Shown one piece after another: positions 1 to 13,170 of a DNA stretch of 64,000 bases. The notes beneath the pieces were generated by a model. It was not told where the DNA came from and ran no database searches. It saw nothing but the letters and a program-made list of their open reading frames with translations. The position numbers and the translations under genes are program-made. Within the stretch, counting starts at the first letter, position 1, and every line of letters starts with the position of its first letter. Location: NCBI GenBank assembly GCA_035221665.1, contig CM069162.1, forward strand, positions 6,076,001 to 6,140,000. Reading direction: 5' to 3'. The stretch is from Okamejei kenojei (lineage: Eukaryota).

Positions 1-685
1 TTCTCACCCTCCAGGGCCAACACCAATTTACCATAAGATGAATTTGGAGAAAAAGATTCCTACAATTCCATGCCACCTTGCATCTTGCTGTGTCTGTGTC
101 AAACGCTAAACACTTTGGAGGTCTGGCACTCATTAGGCTCCAGGCTCACTGTGAACTGTTCCTCACACTTGCATTGCACAGGATTATACAGAATGCACTG
201 AGCAGGAACAGGCCATTCAGCCCAGCAAGCCTCTGCTGGAGATAGACACAAAATGCTGGAGTAACTCAGCGGGACAGGCAGCACCTCTGGAGAAGGAATG
301 GGTGACGTTTCGGGTCGAGACTTTGGTGCTGGTTCTCCTTTAGACCTTATCCTTCGTCAGGCACATTAATTCACATAATCCTCTCCACAGCTCAGAGACA
401 ACCATTCTCAATAGCATGGACAATCACCCCTTGTACCCCAGCAAAGAATTACAGCATAAGTCAGGAAAAAAAACTGGAAGATAAAAGTTAAATGTTTTCA
501 CTCATGGAATGGTGTTGTCCTGGAACACCACACTTGAAAGTTGGCAGATGTGGGCAACCCTGTGTATACGTGGAGTGGCAGCGATCTGTTGCACCCGGCT
601 GGTATGAGCTCAATGGACCAGATGCCTTCCTACTGGAGGGCAAATTCAATAACCAGTTTGTCTATGAGGCTGGTGTCTAACAAGG

Positions 686-981
686 GGGCGGCACTGTGGC
701 GCAGCGATGGAGTTGCTATCTTACAGCGCCAGAGACCCAGGTTCGATCCTGACTATGGGACGTTCACTGTCTGCACAGAGTTTGTACCTTTTCTGTGGGT
801 TTTCTCCAGGTCCTCCGGTTTCCTGTCACACGCCAAAGACGTACAGGTTTTTAGGTTAATTGGCTTCTGTAAAACGTAAATTGTCCCTAGTGTGTGTGGG
901 ATAATGTTAGTGTACGGGGTGATCAGTGGTCGACATGGACTCAGTGGGCTGAATGGGCTGTTTCCACGCTGTATCTCTAAA
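686..981 (+). mobile_element. tRNA-derived V-SINE (HE1-like), full length
   Basis: A-box tggcgcagcgatgg, B-box ggttcgatcc, V-domain ggtttcctgtcacacgccaaagac, CR1-like tail ctgtttcc...tctctaaa. Confidence 0.85.
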
Positions 982-1124
982 GTCTTAAGTGAAAGTTTTC
1001 CGTGGGGGAAAAGGATAAATCCTGCTGGAAAAGACAATCAGAAGGAAGACTCTGGCATCCGGGAGAATTGTGGTAGAGCCAACGAAGAGAGAAGGTGCAC
1101 ATTTTGTTTTGCTGAAAGGTGCAC

Positions 1125-1343
1125 AATGGCGGTGGGTGTATGGAACAAGCTGCCAGAAGAGGTAGATGAGGCAGGGACTATCCCAACATTTGAGAAACAG
1201 TTAGACAGGAACATGGATAGGACGGGTTTGGAGGTATATGGACCAAACGCGGGCAGTTGGGACTAGTGTAGATGGGACATGTTGGTCGGTATGAGCAGGT
1301 TGGATTGAAGGGCCTATATCCTCACTGTATGACTCTATGACTA
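1125..1343 (+). mobile_element. CR1 LINE 3' end
   Basis: VGVWNKLPEEV...FEKQLDRNMD, then 3'UTR and gactctat tail. Similar copies at 9062-9355 (+), 19030-19525 (-), 35500-36075 (+), 36241-36492 (-) and 41478-41810 (+). Confidence 0.8.
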
Positions 1344-4069
1344 TACCAGGAGTGGGGGTAATGGATCAGATGTTCAAATCCGGCATGTGGGAAATTCAAA
1401 GTCAAATATTCCAATAAAACTGGGAAGGAAAACTACTGCCAGTTGTAGGTTCCATGAAATTATGTCTTTGCTGTGAAGCCACATCTGGTTCATTCGTGAG
1501 GTCAGGAAAACTATTCTGCTACCCTTAGCCTCGCTGGCTCACACGTGGTCACAGACCATTGACGTGATTGATTCTTAGCTGCATCTTCATTTCTGCAGCT
1601 TCTCAGGATGGACAATAATCACCAGCAGGGCTGACGAGCATGAATACATTTGTAAAGGAGGCGTGAGTTCCGACACTGAAGTCTGCAGGAACACAGAGTA
1701 GAGATTGGGCACTCTTTAGTTTAGAGATACAGAGTGGAAACAGGTCCTTCCGCCCACCGAGTCCATGCCGACCAGCGATCGCCCTGTGCACTAGTTCCAT
1801 CCTCCACACCAGGGGCAATTTACAGAAGCCAAGTCACCTACAAATCTGCACGTCTTTGAAATGTGGGAGGAAACCGGAGCATCCAGAGAAATTCCAAGCA
1901 GTCACAGGGCACCCATAGTCAGGATCGAACCCGGGTCTCTGGCGCTGTAAGACCACTGTTACCACGGGTAGTATGGAAATACTAACTCCCCCACTGCTCT
2001 GCAAATGTCACTGCACCGTTAAAATCTATGTTGCAGAAGCTGGTTTCATAGAAGGTGATTTTGGAGAGTTCTTTTGGCAGCCTGACCATTATCTCTCTGC
2101 TTTAGACTGCATCGGACATCGAGTGTGGTTCTGAAAACAAGGAACATTTCCTAAGAAATTAAAGAACTAAGTGGTGCGACCAGGGAGCAATATTATTTCA
2201 GCATGCGAAAATTAATAAAAATTTTATATCAATGCTGTTAATAGAATGAGAATATTGATGTGAGGAGGAAATTGGTTTTCTAATAAAGTGCATATCATCG
2301 ATTATCTTTACCTTTGTTGGGGGTAGGGAGATTGCATCCAAACAGAATCATAATACTCCACAACATACTTCCCCAGCATTTACTGAAGCTCATAAAAAAA
2401 CAAGGAAACAAAGAAATATTTTATATTAGAACCATATCCACATATGTGTAAGTCAGGGAACACCTGGCCTAGCCGTTCGGAGTCATATTTATTGCCCGCA
2501 GTGACGTTTACAACTTGCAAATTAAAGAAGAAAAAGATTTATATTTCTGTGGCGCCTCGTACAACCTCAGTTTGCCCCGAAGTGCATTAGAGCAAATTAA
2601 ATATTGCTGGAGTGTCATTATTTTTGCTTTCTTTACTTCATAAGCAATGAGATTTCATCACAGGCTGTGTACCATCTTTTCTGCCTATATCTGCAATAAA
2701 ATACATTTATGTTGACATGCTTTTCTAGTCTATAAAAACTTTCTCCTTGCTTCTATGTTTTAGTTAACTTTACGTCTAGTTGTAACATGACAAATACTGG
2801 GTTTGTTTTTAATGAACCGGCAGTGAGACATGGGTGCTTAGTAACTACGGGCCATGACCAGCAGGTGGTGATATGGCAACTTTATTGTGGAGAGTTTAGA
2901 GATTCCGCGCAGAAACGGGCCCTTTGGCCCACCAAGCCCGTGCCGACCAGCGGTCATCCCACGTACTGACACTATCCTGCACACTAGGAACAATTTACAA
3001 TTTTTATCCAAGCCAATACACCTACAAACCTGTGCGTCATTGGAGTGTGGGAGGAAACCTTTCATGTATCTTGTGGCCTGTGTTTTATGACTGTTGACAG
3101 ATCAATTTCCCTCCTGGGTTAAATAAGGTTCTAACGTGTCGTGTGTCGTGTCGTGTCGTATTGTATCATAAACCTGAGCACCGGGAGAAAATCCACGTCG
3201 TCACGGGGAGAACGTACAAACTCTTCCCAGACGCCATCTGGAGTCAGGATCGAACCAGGCTCACTGGTGCTGTAAGGCAGCAACTCTACCACTGTGCTAC
3301 TGCAATGCCTACTTTACTTACAATAGAGCGCTCCTTCCCCTTTCACGCTGATCATATTTTCTTTTCCAAGGACGTTAGGCTCCTGCGATGTTGTCTTAAA
3401 ATTTATTAAAGAGTCAAAGTTTAGTGGATTTTCATTAATTGCCCTCGAGGTCAATGCGTTACTAAAAGATAACACCAACCGTTAGTCGGGAGGGATATGA
3501 GCCCAATGTGTACGGGTTGGAGCAGTGTGGATGGTCGGCATGGGTAAGTTGGGTTGAAGGTCCTGTTCCCATGCTGAGTGGCTCTATCCCCCCCAGCCCA
3601 CAGACGCTCAGGAGCTCATAAGTTCATGCATATGTTCTACGAGTGGTATTAGGCCATTTGGCCCATTAAGACAACTCCGCCATTCAATCACGGCTGATCT
3701 ATCTTTCACTCTCATCTCCATTCTCCTGCCTTCCCCCTATAACCCCTGACACCCATACTAATTCTATTAATCTCCGCCTTGAAAATATCCATTGACTTGG
3801 CCTCCACAGCCGTCTGTGGCAATCCATTCCACAGATTCTTCACCCTCGGACTAAAGAAATTCCTCCTCATCTACTTTCTAAAGGTAGGTCCTTTTATTCT
3901 GGTGCTTTGGCCCCTGGTCCTAGACTCTCCCACCAGTGGAAACATCCTCTCCACAGGTTCTAAACCATTCTCTAAAATGACCCAGTAGGTCAGGTCAAAG
4001 TCAATAAGAGACTGGCAATAAATGCTGGCATCGCCTTTGATACCCACGGCGTATGTTTAGTTTAGTTTA

Positions 4070-4155
4070 ACGATAGACACAAAATGCTGGAGTAACAGGC
4101 AGCATCTCTGGAGACAAGGAATGTGTGACGTTTCTGGTCGAGACCCTTCTTCAGA
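4070..4155 (-). mobile_element. Short Penelope-like repeat insertion next to a SINE tail
   Basis: Flanked by atgtttagtttagttta at 4053-4069 and 4156-4172; ends in ...cccttcttcaga. Confidence 0.65.
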
Positions 4156-4164
4156 ATGTTTAGT

Positions 4165-4470
4165 TTAGTTTAGAGAAACAGTGCAGAAACAGGCCCTTCT
4201 GGTCCACCGAGTCCTCACCGACCAGCGATCCCCGCACATTAACACAACCCTACACACGCTAGGGACAATTTTACGTTCATACCAAGCCAATTAACCTACA
4301 CACCTGTACGTCTTTGGAGTGTGGGATGAAGCCGAAGATCTCGGAGAAAACCCACGCAGGTCACGGGGAGAACGAACAAACTCCGTACAGACAGCGCCCG
4401 TAGTCGGGATCGAACCCGGGTCTCTGGTGCTGTAAGACAGTAGCTCAACTGCTACGCCACCGTGCCACCC
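4165..4470 (-). mobile_element. V-SINE (HE1-like), full length
   Basis: Reverse complement of the 686-981 family. Other minus copies: 1716-1960, 2895-3310 (split), 6905-7160, 16320-16626, 20165-20430, 32225-32385, 37340-37635, 39035-39320, 41828-42010, 43490-43660, 44060-44365, 49158-49480, 60680-61170 (split), 63260-63565. Confidence 0.85.
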
Positions 4471-4858
4471 TATAGTTTGAATAGATTTTAAAATGTCCTA
4501 TTGTAACCTTTGACTCTGGCTGCTGAAATGGAATTGCATTATAAACATCATTCTAACTTTTAAAATCTTATTTTTAAAAATCTGAACATCGCCAAGGGAT
4601 TGCTGCTTGTTACAGAATCTGACTGGGGTCATTAATAACTGTGCTCGCTTGACAAAAGGACGTTCATTTGCGTTAACACAGATGTTTGCCTGGAGACAAC
4701 AGCATGGACATCGAGTGCAACAAGAGACATGATTTTAATCTTCTCTTCTCCAGGAAATATTCCACGTTTGAGCCCAGGTAAGAACAAATTTAATCAAGTG
4801 GATATAATATTTTGGAATGCAGAAATGAATCCTGATAACGATCAAAGTGAAAAACTTG

Positions 4859-4987
4859 ATCTGAAGAAGGGTCTCAACCCGAAACGCCGCCTATTCCTTC
4901 GTTCCATAGATGCTGCCGCACCCGCTGAGTTTCTCCAGCAGTTTTGTCTACCTTTGAATTTTCCAGCATCTGCAGTTCCTTCTTAAA
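4859..4987 (+). mobile_element. Short hammerhead-headed Penelope-like insertion with 16-bp TSD
   Basis: Flanked by caaagtgaaaaacttg at 4843-4858 and 4988-5003; begins at-ctgaagaagggtctcaacccgaaac. Confidence 0.8.
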
Positions 4988-5103
4988 CAAAGTGAAAAAC
5001 TTGGACTTTATCATATCATCATGAATGTTGGGGTAAAGTACACGGGAAGATTTCCTCTCAATGCATGGGCAGCTTATTATTGACCCAATTATTGGTTATG
5101 ATT

Positions 5104-5435
5104 ATTGAGTTCTCTGACTTCAAGTAACCCTTGCTTTCCCTCTCTCCCTGTCCCGTCCCTATCCTAGTTCCGCTAGTTTCAGTCCTGATTAATTTTACCT
5201 TGTACGCCATTTTGTTATCATTCCTACAGCCAACAATGATTCATTGTACAATTCCTTGACCATCATCTGCTTTGATCTGTCCTTTTCACACCTTACATGT
5301 TCTTTGTACCTCTCCATATCTCCTTTCCCTCTCCCCTGACTCTCAGTGTGAGGAAGGGTCTCGACCCGAGACGTCACATATTCCTTCTCTCCAGACATGC
5401 TGCCGGGAGTTATCCAGCACTTTGTGTCTATCTTC
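5104..5435 (+). mobile_element. Penelope-like element 3' end and terminal repeat
   Basis: attgagttctctgacttcaagtaa (ORF end IEFSDFK*), then the terminal repeat with a degenerate hammerhead. Confidence 0.75.
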
Positions 5436-6149
5436 TATTTAATCATATTCCATTGGAGAGCAATTTGAAGCGACATATTGGGCAAACACACTTCTGTGCC
5501 CATTTTAAAAGAGCAATGAACAGATTTAAAAGAAACCCCTGTCAATAACAGCGTTAAAATAAAGGGCAGACACTTGATCCACTTAAGGTCTGGGCTGGAT
5601 CATGTCAGCTCAGGCTGGTGATTCCATAGAGAGTGGTTCTACTGGTGGGACCGATCACATCTGCCCACCCCCCGATCTTCCATAAATGCATTGAAACCAC
5701 TGAGCCCAGCATCTGAGAGTTACCGAGCGTACACGCTGATTAGCTGCACATTATGGTGTTGAACTTTACTGCAGCAAGAGAATAAAGGTACATTCACCTG
5801 ACTGCTGTCACCGACCTTTTACAGAGTTAACTTCAGCTGTGCTTTGTGTATTGTTATTTATTTCGTATTATCTTCATGATTTTAATTCATTTCTAGTATG
5901 TAGGATAGCGCTGGTGTATGAGGTGATCGCTGGTTGTGTGGGCTGGTTGGCGTAGGCCGAAGGGCCTGTTTCAGCCCTCTAAAGGGCCTGTTTCACGTTA
6001 TCTCTAAAATCAGGTTTTTCTAACTTTTGTCCCCTAATTTTAATATATTTTTGAATTACCTCAGGGTATTTGCAACATATTTGCCAGATTCAGTTGGAAA
6101 CAATCCCAAGGCATTGGGTGAGAGTTGAGAGCGAGAAATCTGGACCCAC

Positions 6150-6380
6150 CCTACGACAATGTCTATAACGAGCTACCACCTAGCGACGTCAAGCGATGAC
6201 AAGCTTTGTCGACCGGCGACACAAGTCCTCGCGAATTGGGACGTCCACCTACGACCACACCTACGACGACCTTCGACCACACAGGCGACAACCTACGACA
6301 ACTGAAGTCGACCTACGTCCACCCGCGACAAGATACGCCAAGCTACGACGCTGTCGGCGACAACTGAAGACGTCACGCCA
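6150..6380. repeat. CpG-rich CTACGAC-motif fragment, probably internal part of the same MITE group
   Basis: Repeated cctacgac/ggcgaca motifs as at 41255-41330; no TIRs seen. Confidence 0.5.
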
Positions 6381-7830
6381 TAGTGACTTCACGGTACTAG
6401 TTGTACTGTGTCGGGGCGGTGGTGAAGTGCGTGAGTCTTGCGCTCTATGAGTGAGAGTTGGCAGCGCTGCCCAAGGACCTTGGCAGTCCCAAGTGCCACA
6501 TTCTGAGGCACCAGACATGAGATGCTGCCCCTCTCTAGGACTCTTGGATCAGACAACCTTGCCGTTATTGCAGGGAGGTAGGTGTTGGTCCCTGGGCCTG
6601 GTCCGCGATAATCTGCCCCTTTCAGTATTTTTTTAACGTAGTCGATGTTTACTGCATTACACCGTGATTGTAAGGTCCAGGTTCAGGAACAGCTTCTTCC
6701 CAACAACCATCAGGCTATTCATCATGTATAGGGAGAAACTACCGATGCTGATTTACACCAAAGATAGATGCAAAATGCCGGAGTAACTCAGCGGGCCAGG
6801 AAGCATCATTGGAGAAAAGGAATAGGTGATGCTTCAGGTCAGAACCCTTCTTCAGATGATCTGATGGGACTTGCCAAGATGGGGCATCTTTACTTTAAAT
6901 GTTAGACTTTAGAGATACAGCGTGGAAACAGCCCCAGCGAGTCTACACTGACCAGCGATCACCCGTACACTAGCACTATCCTACACATTAAGGACAATTT
7001 CCAGAAACCTACAAACCTGTATGTCTTTGGAGTGTGGGAGGAAACGGGATCACCCACACGGTCACGAGGAGAACGTACAAACTCCGTAAAGTCAGCACCC
7101 GTAGAACCCGGGTCTCTGGCGCCTGGAAGGCAGCAACTCCACCACTGTGCCTCTGTGCTGCTCTGGATTTGTATTGATGAGATGGGCCGGTGCCTGTGTC
7201 TGTGCTCTGTGACTCTATGACTGTACAGGCGGGGTAATGGGAAACAAGTAGAGAAGTAGGTCAGATTCTGACATTTGCAGTTTTATTTGTTTTTCAGTTG
7301 AGAACAAGATTCTGCATTTAGTCTCCGTTTTAGCGGGTAAGGGATCCCAATAAAAAAAGGCAAAACTGAGCATTAAATCAGACCCTGATGCTGAAAGACC
7401 TTGTTAACCACACACCTTTGAGATCATAATTGTTGTTAGATTATAGTTATTTAAAAATATACATATATAAGCTTGTATGCTCAGTTGATAGCTGTCATTT
7501 CTCAGCTCAACAATGAAAGGATACAAAGTGGAGTGAAATGATGCGTAATTGCATGTTGAGCTGTTCAATCAAAGCTTCGTTGATGGGTTAGTCTAGCACA
7601 GTATTGTTCAATTTGGCACGTCACTGCACAGGCCAAATCCAGTTGCATGCTGGAGTCGAGTGAACTGATCGCCAACAAGACTCCGCTATTTGCCTCGATG
7701 CTACCTCTACTAAGACCTGAGCAAAGTCCAGTTTGTTTCTCCATTCCTGCTACCTCTATTACAAGTGCTCAGATAGTGAAGTGTGAAAACGCACACCTCC
7801 AAATTCAGGGGCAGTTTAACGTACACCGTT

Positions 7831-8138
7831 CGGTACGAGTTCATTCCAAGAGCTCTCCCAAGTTTAAAAAAAAATCAAACTCGTGGTAAGCACGGAGAAT
7901 GAACGTAGCGGGTACGTCGGAGCTCGGGGACGTCTCTTAGCGCTAACGGCAGGTACTCGGGAAGACTCGCTAACGGCAGGTAAGCACGGGAAGACTTGTG
8001 AAGATTTTTCAACATGTTGAAAAATGTCCACGAGTGCCCCGAGTACCGACGAGCGGCCATTACCGTAAATCTCCGAGTTCGAATCAGGGCAAACTCGGGA
8101 GAAATCTTGGAATGAACCCGTACCATGGGACAGGGCTT
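7831..8138. mobile_element. Related Harbinger-like MITE, left tip missing
   Basis: cggtacgagttcattccaagagctctcccaagttt is inverted at ~8091-8125; right end tgggacagggct. Confidence 0.7.
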
Positions 8139-11100
8139 TAACTTAAAGGCTTGAATCAGATCAGCTTGACCTTTGTCTGGAGTGTTCATGCTCATAAGTG
8201 TCAGGAGCAGGATTAGGCCATTCGGCCCATCAAGTCCACTCTGCCATTCAATCATGGCTGATCTATCTCTCCCTCTCAACCCCATTGCCCTGCCTTCTCC
8301 CCGTAGCCCCTGACACCCGTCCTAATCAGGAGCGTGGTGAGAGTGGGGGAGAGGATGCAAGAGCAGCAGAATGGGTGGGGGGGGAATATGTTTGTAAGGT
8401 GGATCTCAACTTCCACTTGGTCTGTCTTTTCCTCCTGACTCCGGAGTCACGGTGAAGAACTCCAAACTCCCACCACCAAGGTCGGATGGGAATGACACCG
8501 GAGGCAGACATTGATGCGGGGACCACCAGCAAAGTAGCTGACGGCTCCACTCAGTGAATTTAAAATTGAACACTTATCCCTTCACTGCCCCGAGCCTGTG
8601 CACTCCACACTGCATGAATCTTTAACAGTTATCAAAGGTGAACGAGAACTAACTCCTGAGCAAACGGGCCAGCAGAGGAGATGTTTCCAACGCAAACCAG
8701 ACAGCTAATTGACGGTGAGCGGCACTGCGGTTGAAGAGCCTGCTGCTTACCCTCCGAGTTCTGACCTCTGTAATCACACAAATTGATTCTATCCCTGACC
8801 CACGGTGCCCTCTGGAATATCAGAGTGTCAAGGATGCGCGGAATTATGCAAATACCGGCGTTAAGCGGTTTTGGAATGTATCTTTGTTTTCAGAATGATG
8901 GAAACAGTGGAGCGGAGAGAGAGGGAGAGAAAGGGAGAGAGAGTTATGGATATGTCATTGGGCTCAGAATCCAGAGACCACCTGCTTGTCGGGCAGAATA
9001 AACAAAAGGTCAGAAAGATAAGCCAGTTACCTATAATCCAATTGGAAATTCAGGAGAAACAGGACCAGAGGACATTGGTTTAAGGTGAAGGGGAAAAGAT
9101 TTAATAGGAATCTGAGGGGTGACTTTTTAATGTAAAGGGTGGTGGGTGAATGGAACAAGCTGCCGGAGGAGGTAGTTGAGACAGGGACTATCCCAACGTT
9201 TAAGAAACAGTAAGACATGCACAGGGATAGAGCAAGTTTGGAGGCATATAGGCCAAACGCAGGCAGGTGGGACTAGTGTAGATGTGACTTGTTGGCTGGT
9301 GTGGGCAAGTTGGGCCGAAGGGCCTGTTTCCACACTGTATCACTCTATGACTCTACAATATAAACAACCTTACCCTTCGGGGAAAGGTAATGGACAAATG
9401 GAACTTGCAAGTGCAGGGATTAGGTGCAGAAGCAGCATAAATGATTACTTACTGATTTTTACAAATGTAATTCAAATTCTCAGCTAATTTGAGAATTTAA
9501 AACTCCCCTTGCAAATTTTCCAATCACGTCTAGAAACAAAGATTAGAAACATAGAAAATAGGTGCAGGAGGAGGCCATTCGGCCCTTTGAGCCAGCACCG
9601 CCATTTGTTGTGATCATGGCTGATCATCCACAATCAGTAACCCATGCCTGCCTCCCCATATCCCTTGATTCTGCTAGCCCCTAGAGCTCTATCTAACTCT
9701 AACTCCAGTGAATTGGCCTCCACTGCCCTCTGTGGCAGAGAATTCCACAAATTCACAACTCTCTCAAGTCAATATCAAAATCTTTTGTCTTTCCTACTTC
9801 GAATGCCCAAACCCCCAGGACCTCTCTAGGATCTACACACAGCTGGATAAGTTCAGGTTCATAAGTGATAGGAGCAGAATTTGTCCATTCAACCCATCAA
9901 GTCTACTCTGCTATTCAATCTTAGCTGATCTATCTCTCCCTCCTCACCCCATTCTCCTGCCTTTCCCCCATATCCCCTGTCACCAGTACTAATCAAGAAT
10001 CTATCTATCTCTGCCTTAGAAATATCCACTGCCTGGTCGCAACAGCCCTCTGTGGCAATTAATTCCACAAATTCACCACCCTCTGGTTATAGAAATTCCT
10101 CCTCATCTCCTTCCTAAAGGAACAAACGCCCTTTAATTCTGAGGCTATGAGCTCTGGTCCTTGTCTCTCCCACAAGTGGAAACATCCTCTCCACATCCAC
10201 TCTATCCAGGCCTTTCACTATTTGATGGTAAACTTGAGGATGGGTTTGGCTCTGCCTCTCTCTTACTCTGGAGATCAGGCATCGTGTTTTTAGAGAAGGC
10301 AGCCCATTTTCAGCCTGTAAGTGGGGACTAATGCAGCCCAGCTGAGTGCTGCAGCGAAGGTGCAGAATATGGGCCACACCTGCACCTTGCCAACACCTGG
10401 CAACCAGGCTCTTCCCGTGACCCCACAGCCCACAAACACCATTGAAAACTGCCGTTCAGAGCTAACTGCGATCACCTCATAGACGACAGAATGAAGTCTT
10501 TCCGTCGTTACTGTAGGATTCCAAGATCCCATCAAACGTTGTTTTTTCATGTACATTCTTAGTTTTTGCTGATGTCAAATTGCTCCATATAAGATAAAAA
10601 GTGTCATATTAAGCGAGATTTATAATTAGCTATTTTTGCCATTGGATTTCAGAGAGCATGAATGTCAGAGAACATTGCTTGGCAAACAGCTGCAGTTTAA
10701 AAGAATTCAACAGTACTATTTTCCTATTAGAACATATGACTAACTCCAGCTATCTGTCAACTTCCAGGAGTATTCAAAGAAAATGCAATGAGTAGAAACA
10801 TTCCAGCATTCAAGAGGCTGGGTCTTTTTTTCAGTATTGGTCCTCGGTGCTTGAGATAATCGGGCAGGGGTAAAAAAGAAAATCGGCTTTGCTTTTTTAT
10901 TATCAGGCTGCTTTTAAAAATTTGACATTTTGTACATTTTTTTCAGGATTTTTCACATCAGACTGATAGCACATATAATTACCAACTTTAAACCAAAATT
11001 ATTTCTGACACGACTCACGCAGTAAATTAGAGCATTTCAAGGAGTGAACAATTGCCCAGGGAAGGTCAATCGGATAAAGGCCACAGCGCACAGTATATAT

Positions 11101-11910
11101 AATTAATTTGAATATTACACATGATAACTAGAAATGCGGCAAATCACTTGGTTTAGTCCCTGAGACATTAATTTTCTAAAACAGGCTGTAACACCAGCAA
11201 TGTGTGGGAAGGAACTGCAGATGCCAGTTAACACCGAAGTTAGACACAAAATGCTGGAACAGGCAGCCGCTCTGGAGAGAATAGAATAGGTGAAGAAGGG
11301 TCTTGACCCGAAACGCCATCCATTCCTTCTTCATAGAGTAACACCATCATTTCTGATTAACCCTTTAGTAACGCAAGGCAGCAACGGAAAGGGGGCGGAA
11401 CACAGTAGTGCGGCAGGTAGAGCTGCTGCCTCGCAGCGCCAGGGACCTGCGTTCAATCCTGACCTCGGGTGCTGTCTGTGTGGAGTTTGCACGTTCTTCC
11501 TGTGCCCGTGTGGGTTTCTTCCGGGTGCTCGGATTGCTCCACATCCCAGAGGCGGGCAGGTTTGTGGGTTAATTTGCCTCTGTATATGTGTTAGATAGAA
11601 CGACAGGTGATGGTTGGACAGTACAGGCTCTGTGGGCCGAAGGTTCTGTTTTCACGCAGTATATCTAAACAAATCTGGAATATTTGGGTACAGAGTACCT
11701 GGACAAAGGCTTAAATTTCAACTTCCAACTCCCAAATCGCACTTTCAAGATGTAAATTCAAATCAAAAGTTACTATATCCATGAATGAATTATTTTGGGA
11801 TAGGTTAGTTAGATAGTTTAGTTTATTGACACTGTACCGAGGTACAGCTTTGTTGTTGCGAGCTATGCAGTCAGCAGAAAGACTATCTATCTTCTCTCTA
11901 TCTATCTTCA

Positions 11911-12530
11911 TCTATACGCAACTAAAGCTCTGATCTTGTTATCTTCCGGTTGCGCGGTCATTCTATTTGGCAAATACGGTACGTGATAGCGCTACGATTT
12001 TTCGCCAGCTTACTCACCATATTCCTGCGCTGCGATTGCTCCAAGCTTCATTCCGATCGGTGGACTAATGTAAACTTTAGCGAGGTTTAAAAATCTGAAT
12101 AACTGCGCGTGCGCAGATTGATCTCCTCCCCTGCTGTTCAGCGCCGCGTGGATTGGCCTTTTCTCCTGTCACTCCACAGGACGGTCCACCCCTTCCTGCG
12201 CCATCGTGTCTTTACTGGAGCGGTGAATGGCCGGCGGAGGTTTCCAACAGGAAACAGTTTTCAGAGGGATTGGAAACGGCCCGACCCGGCACGGGAAATG
12301 CCGCCAAAACGGAAAGCGGAGAATCTGATCTCGGCGGAGGAGAGCGACCAGTGACCAGCGGACCAACGGACCACCGCCCAGCGACCGCTGTGAGTCCGCT
12401 CCAGCCCCTTCCCCTTTGGTCCCCCTCGCTGGCTCCTGTCCCCCTCCCCCGTGATACCCCCCACAACCCCCGTATTGTCCCTGAGCTCTCTCCCCCCCAC
12501 CTACACAACCCCCCACCCCCCACCCACATT
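11911..12530 (+). mobile_element. CpG-rich insertion, possibly a Helitron-like 5' part
   Basis: Starts A|TCTATA...ACTAAA and contains caagcttcattccgatcgg; no 3' hairpin-CTAG found. Confidence 0.35.
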
Positions 12531-12842
12531 GTGATGGTCTGGAGGCTGCGTCCACAACTGGCTGCGGTTTCTTGCGGTTTTGGATGGAGAAACATATTTT
12601 TGCATGTTTGGAAGTGGGGTGTATCACTAAAGACAGCCAAGACCAAGCGTGTAAGATGTAGGCTTCTGTTATTTATCTCAGTGGATGCTGATTGACCTTC
12701 TAAGCATTGCCAACATTTTCAGTTTTAATTTCAAAGACCAGTGATCCTTGACTTGTCAGAACCAAATCAATAAACCTGCCATTAAGTTGCTGACTGCCAT
12801 GGTGTCAAATTACAGGCCCCATAACCAGGGATTTTCTGTAGT

Positions 12843-13169
12843 GTAGGAAGGAACTGCAGATGCTGTTTTAAACCGAAGATAGTTACAAAACACTGGAGTA
12901 ACTCAGTGGTCAGGCAGCGAACTCAGGAGAGAAGGAATGGGTGACGTTTTGGGTCGAGACCCTTCTTCAGACTGGTTAGGAATAAGGGAAACGAGAGATA
13001 TAGACAATGATGGAGAGAGATAAAGAACAATGAATGAAAGAGATGCAAAAAAGTAATGATGATAAAAGAAACAGGAAGGCAGACAAAAATGCTGCAGAAA
13101 CTCAGCGGGTGAGGCAGCATCTATGGAACAAAGGAATAGGTGACGTTTCACGTCGAGACCCTTCTTCAG
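12843..13169 (-). mobile_element. Penelope-like terminal repeats (two hammerhead-type motifs)
   Basis: aggaaggaactgcagatgctg...gtcgagacccttcttcag, with the motif present twice. Confidence 0.75.
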
Positions 13170-13170
13170 T

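Noticed and set aside
686-760. tRNA genes at SINE heads
   Set aside because: The A/B boxes run directly into the V-domain and LINE tail, and no complete cloverleaf is evident; these are SINEs.
12109-12695. Overlapping 140-180 aa ORFs
   Set aside because: Open on both strands because of high GC; no domain or splice support.
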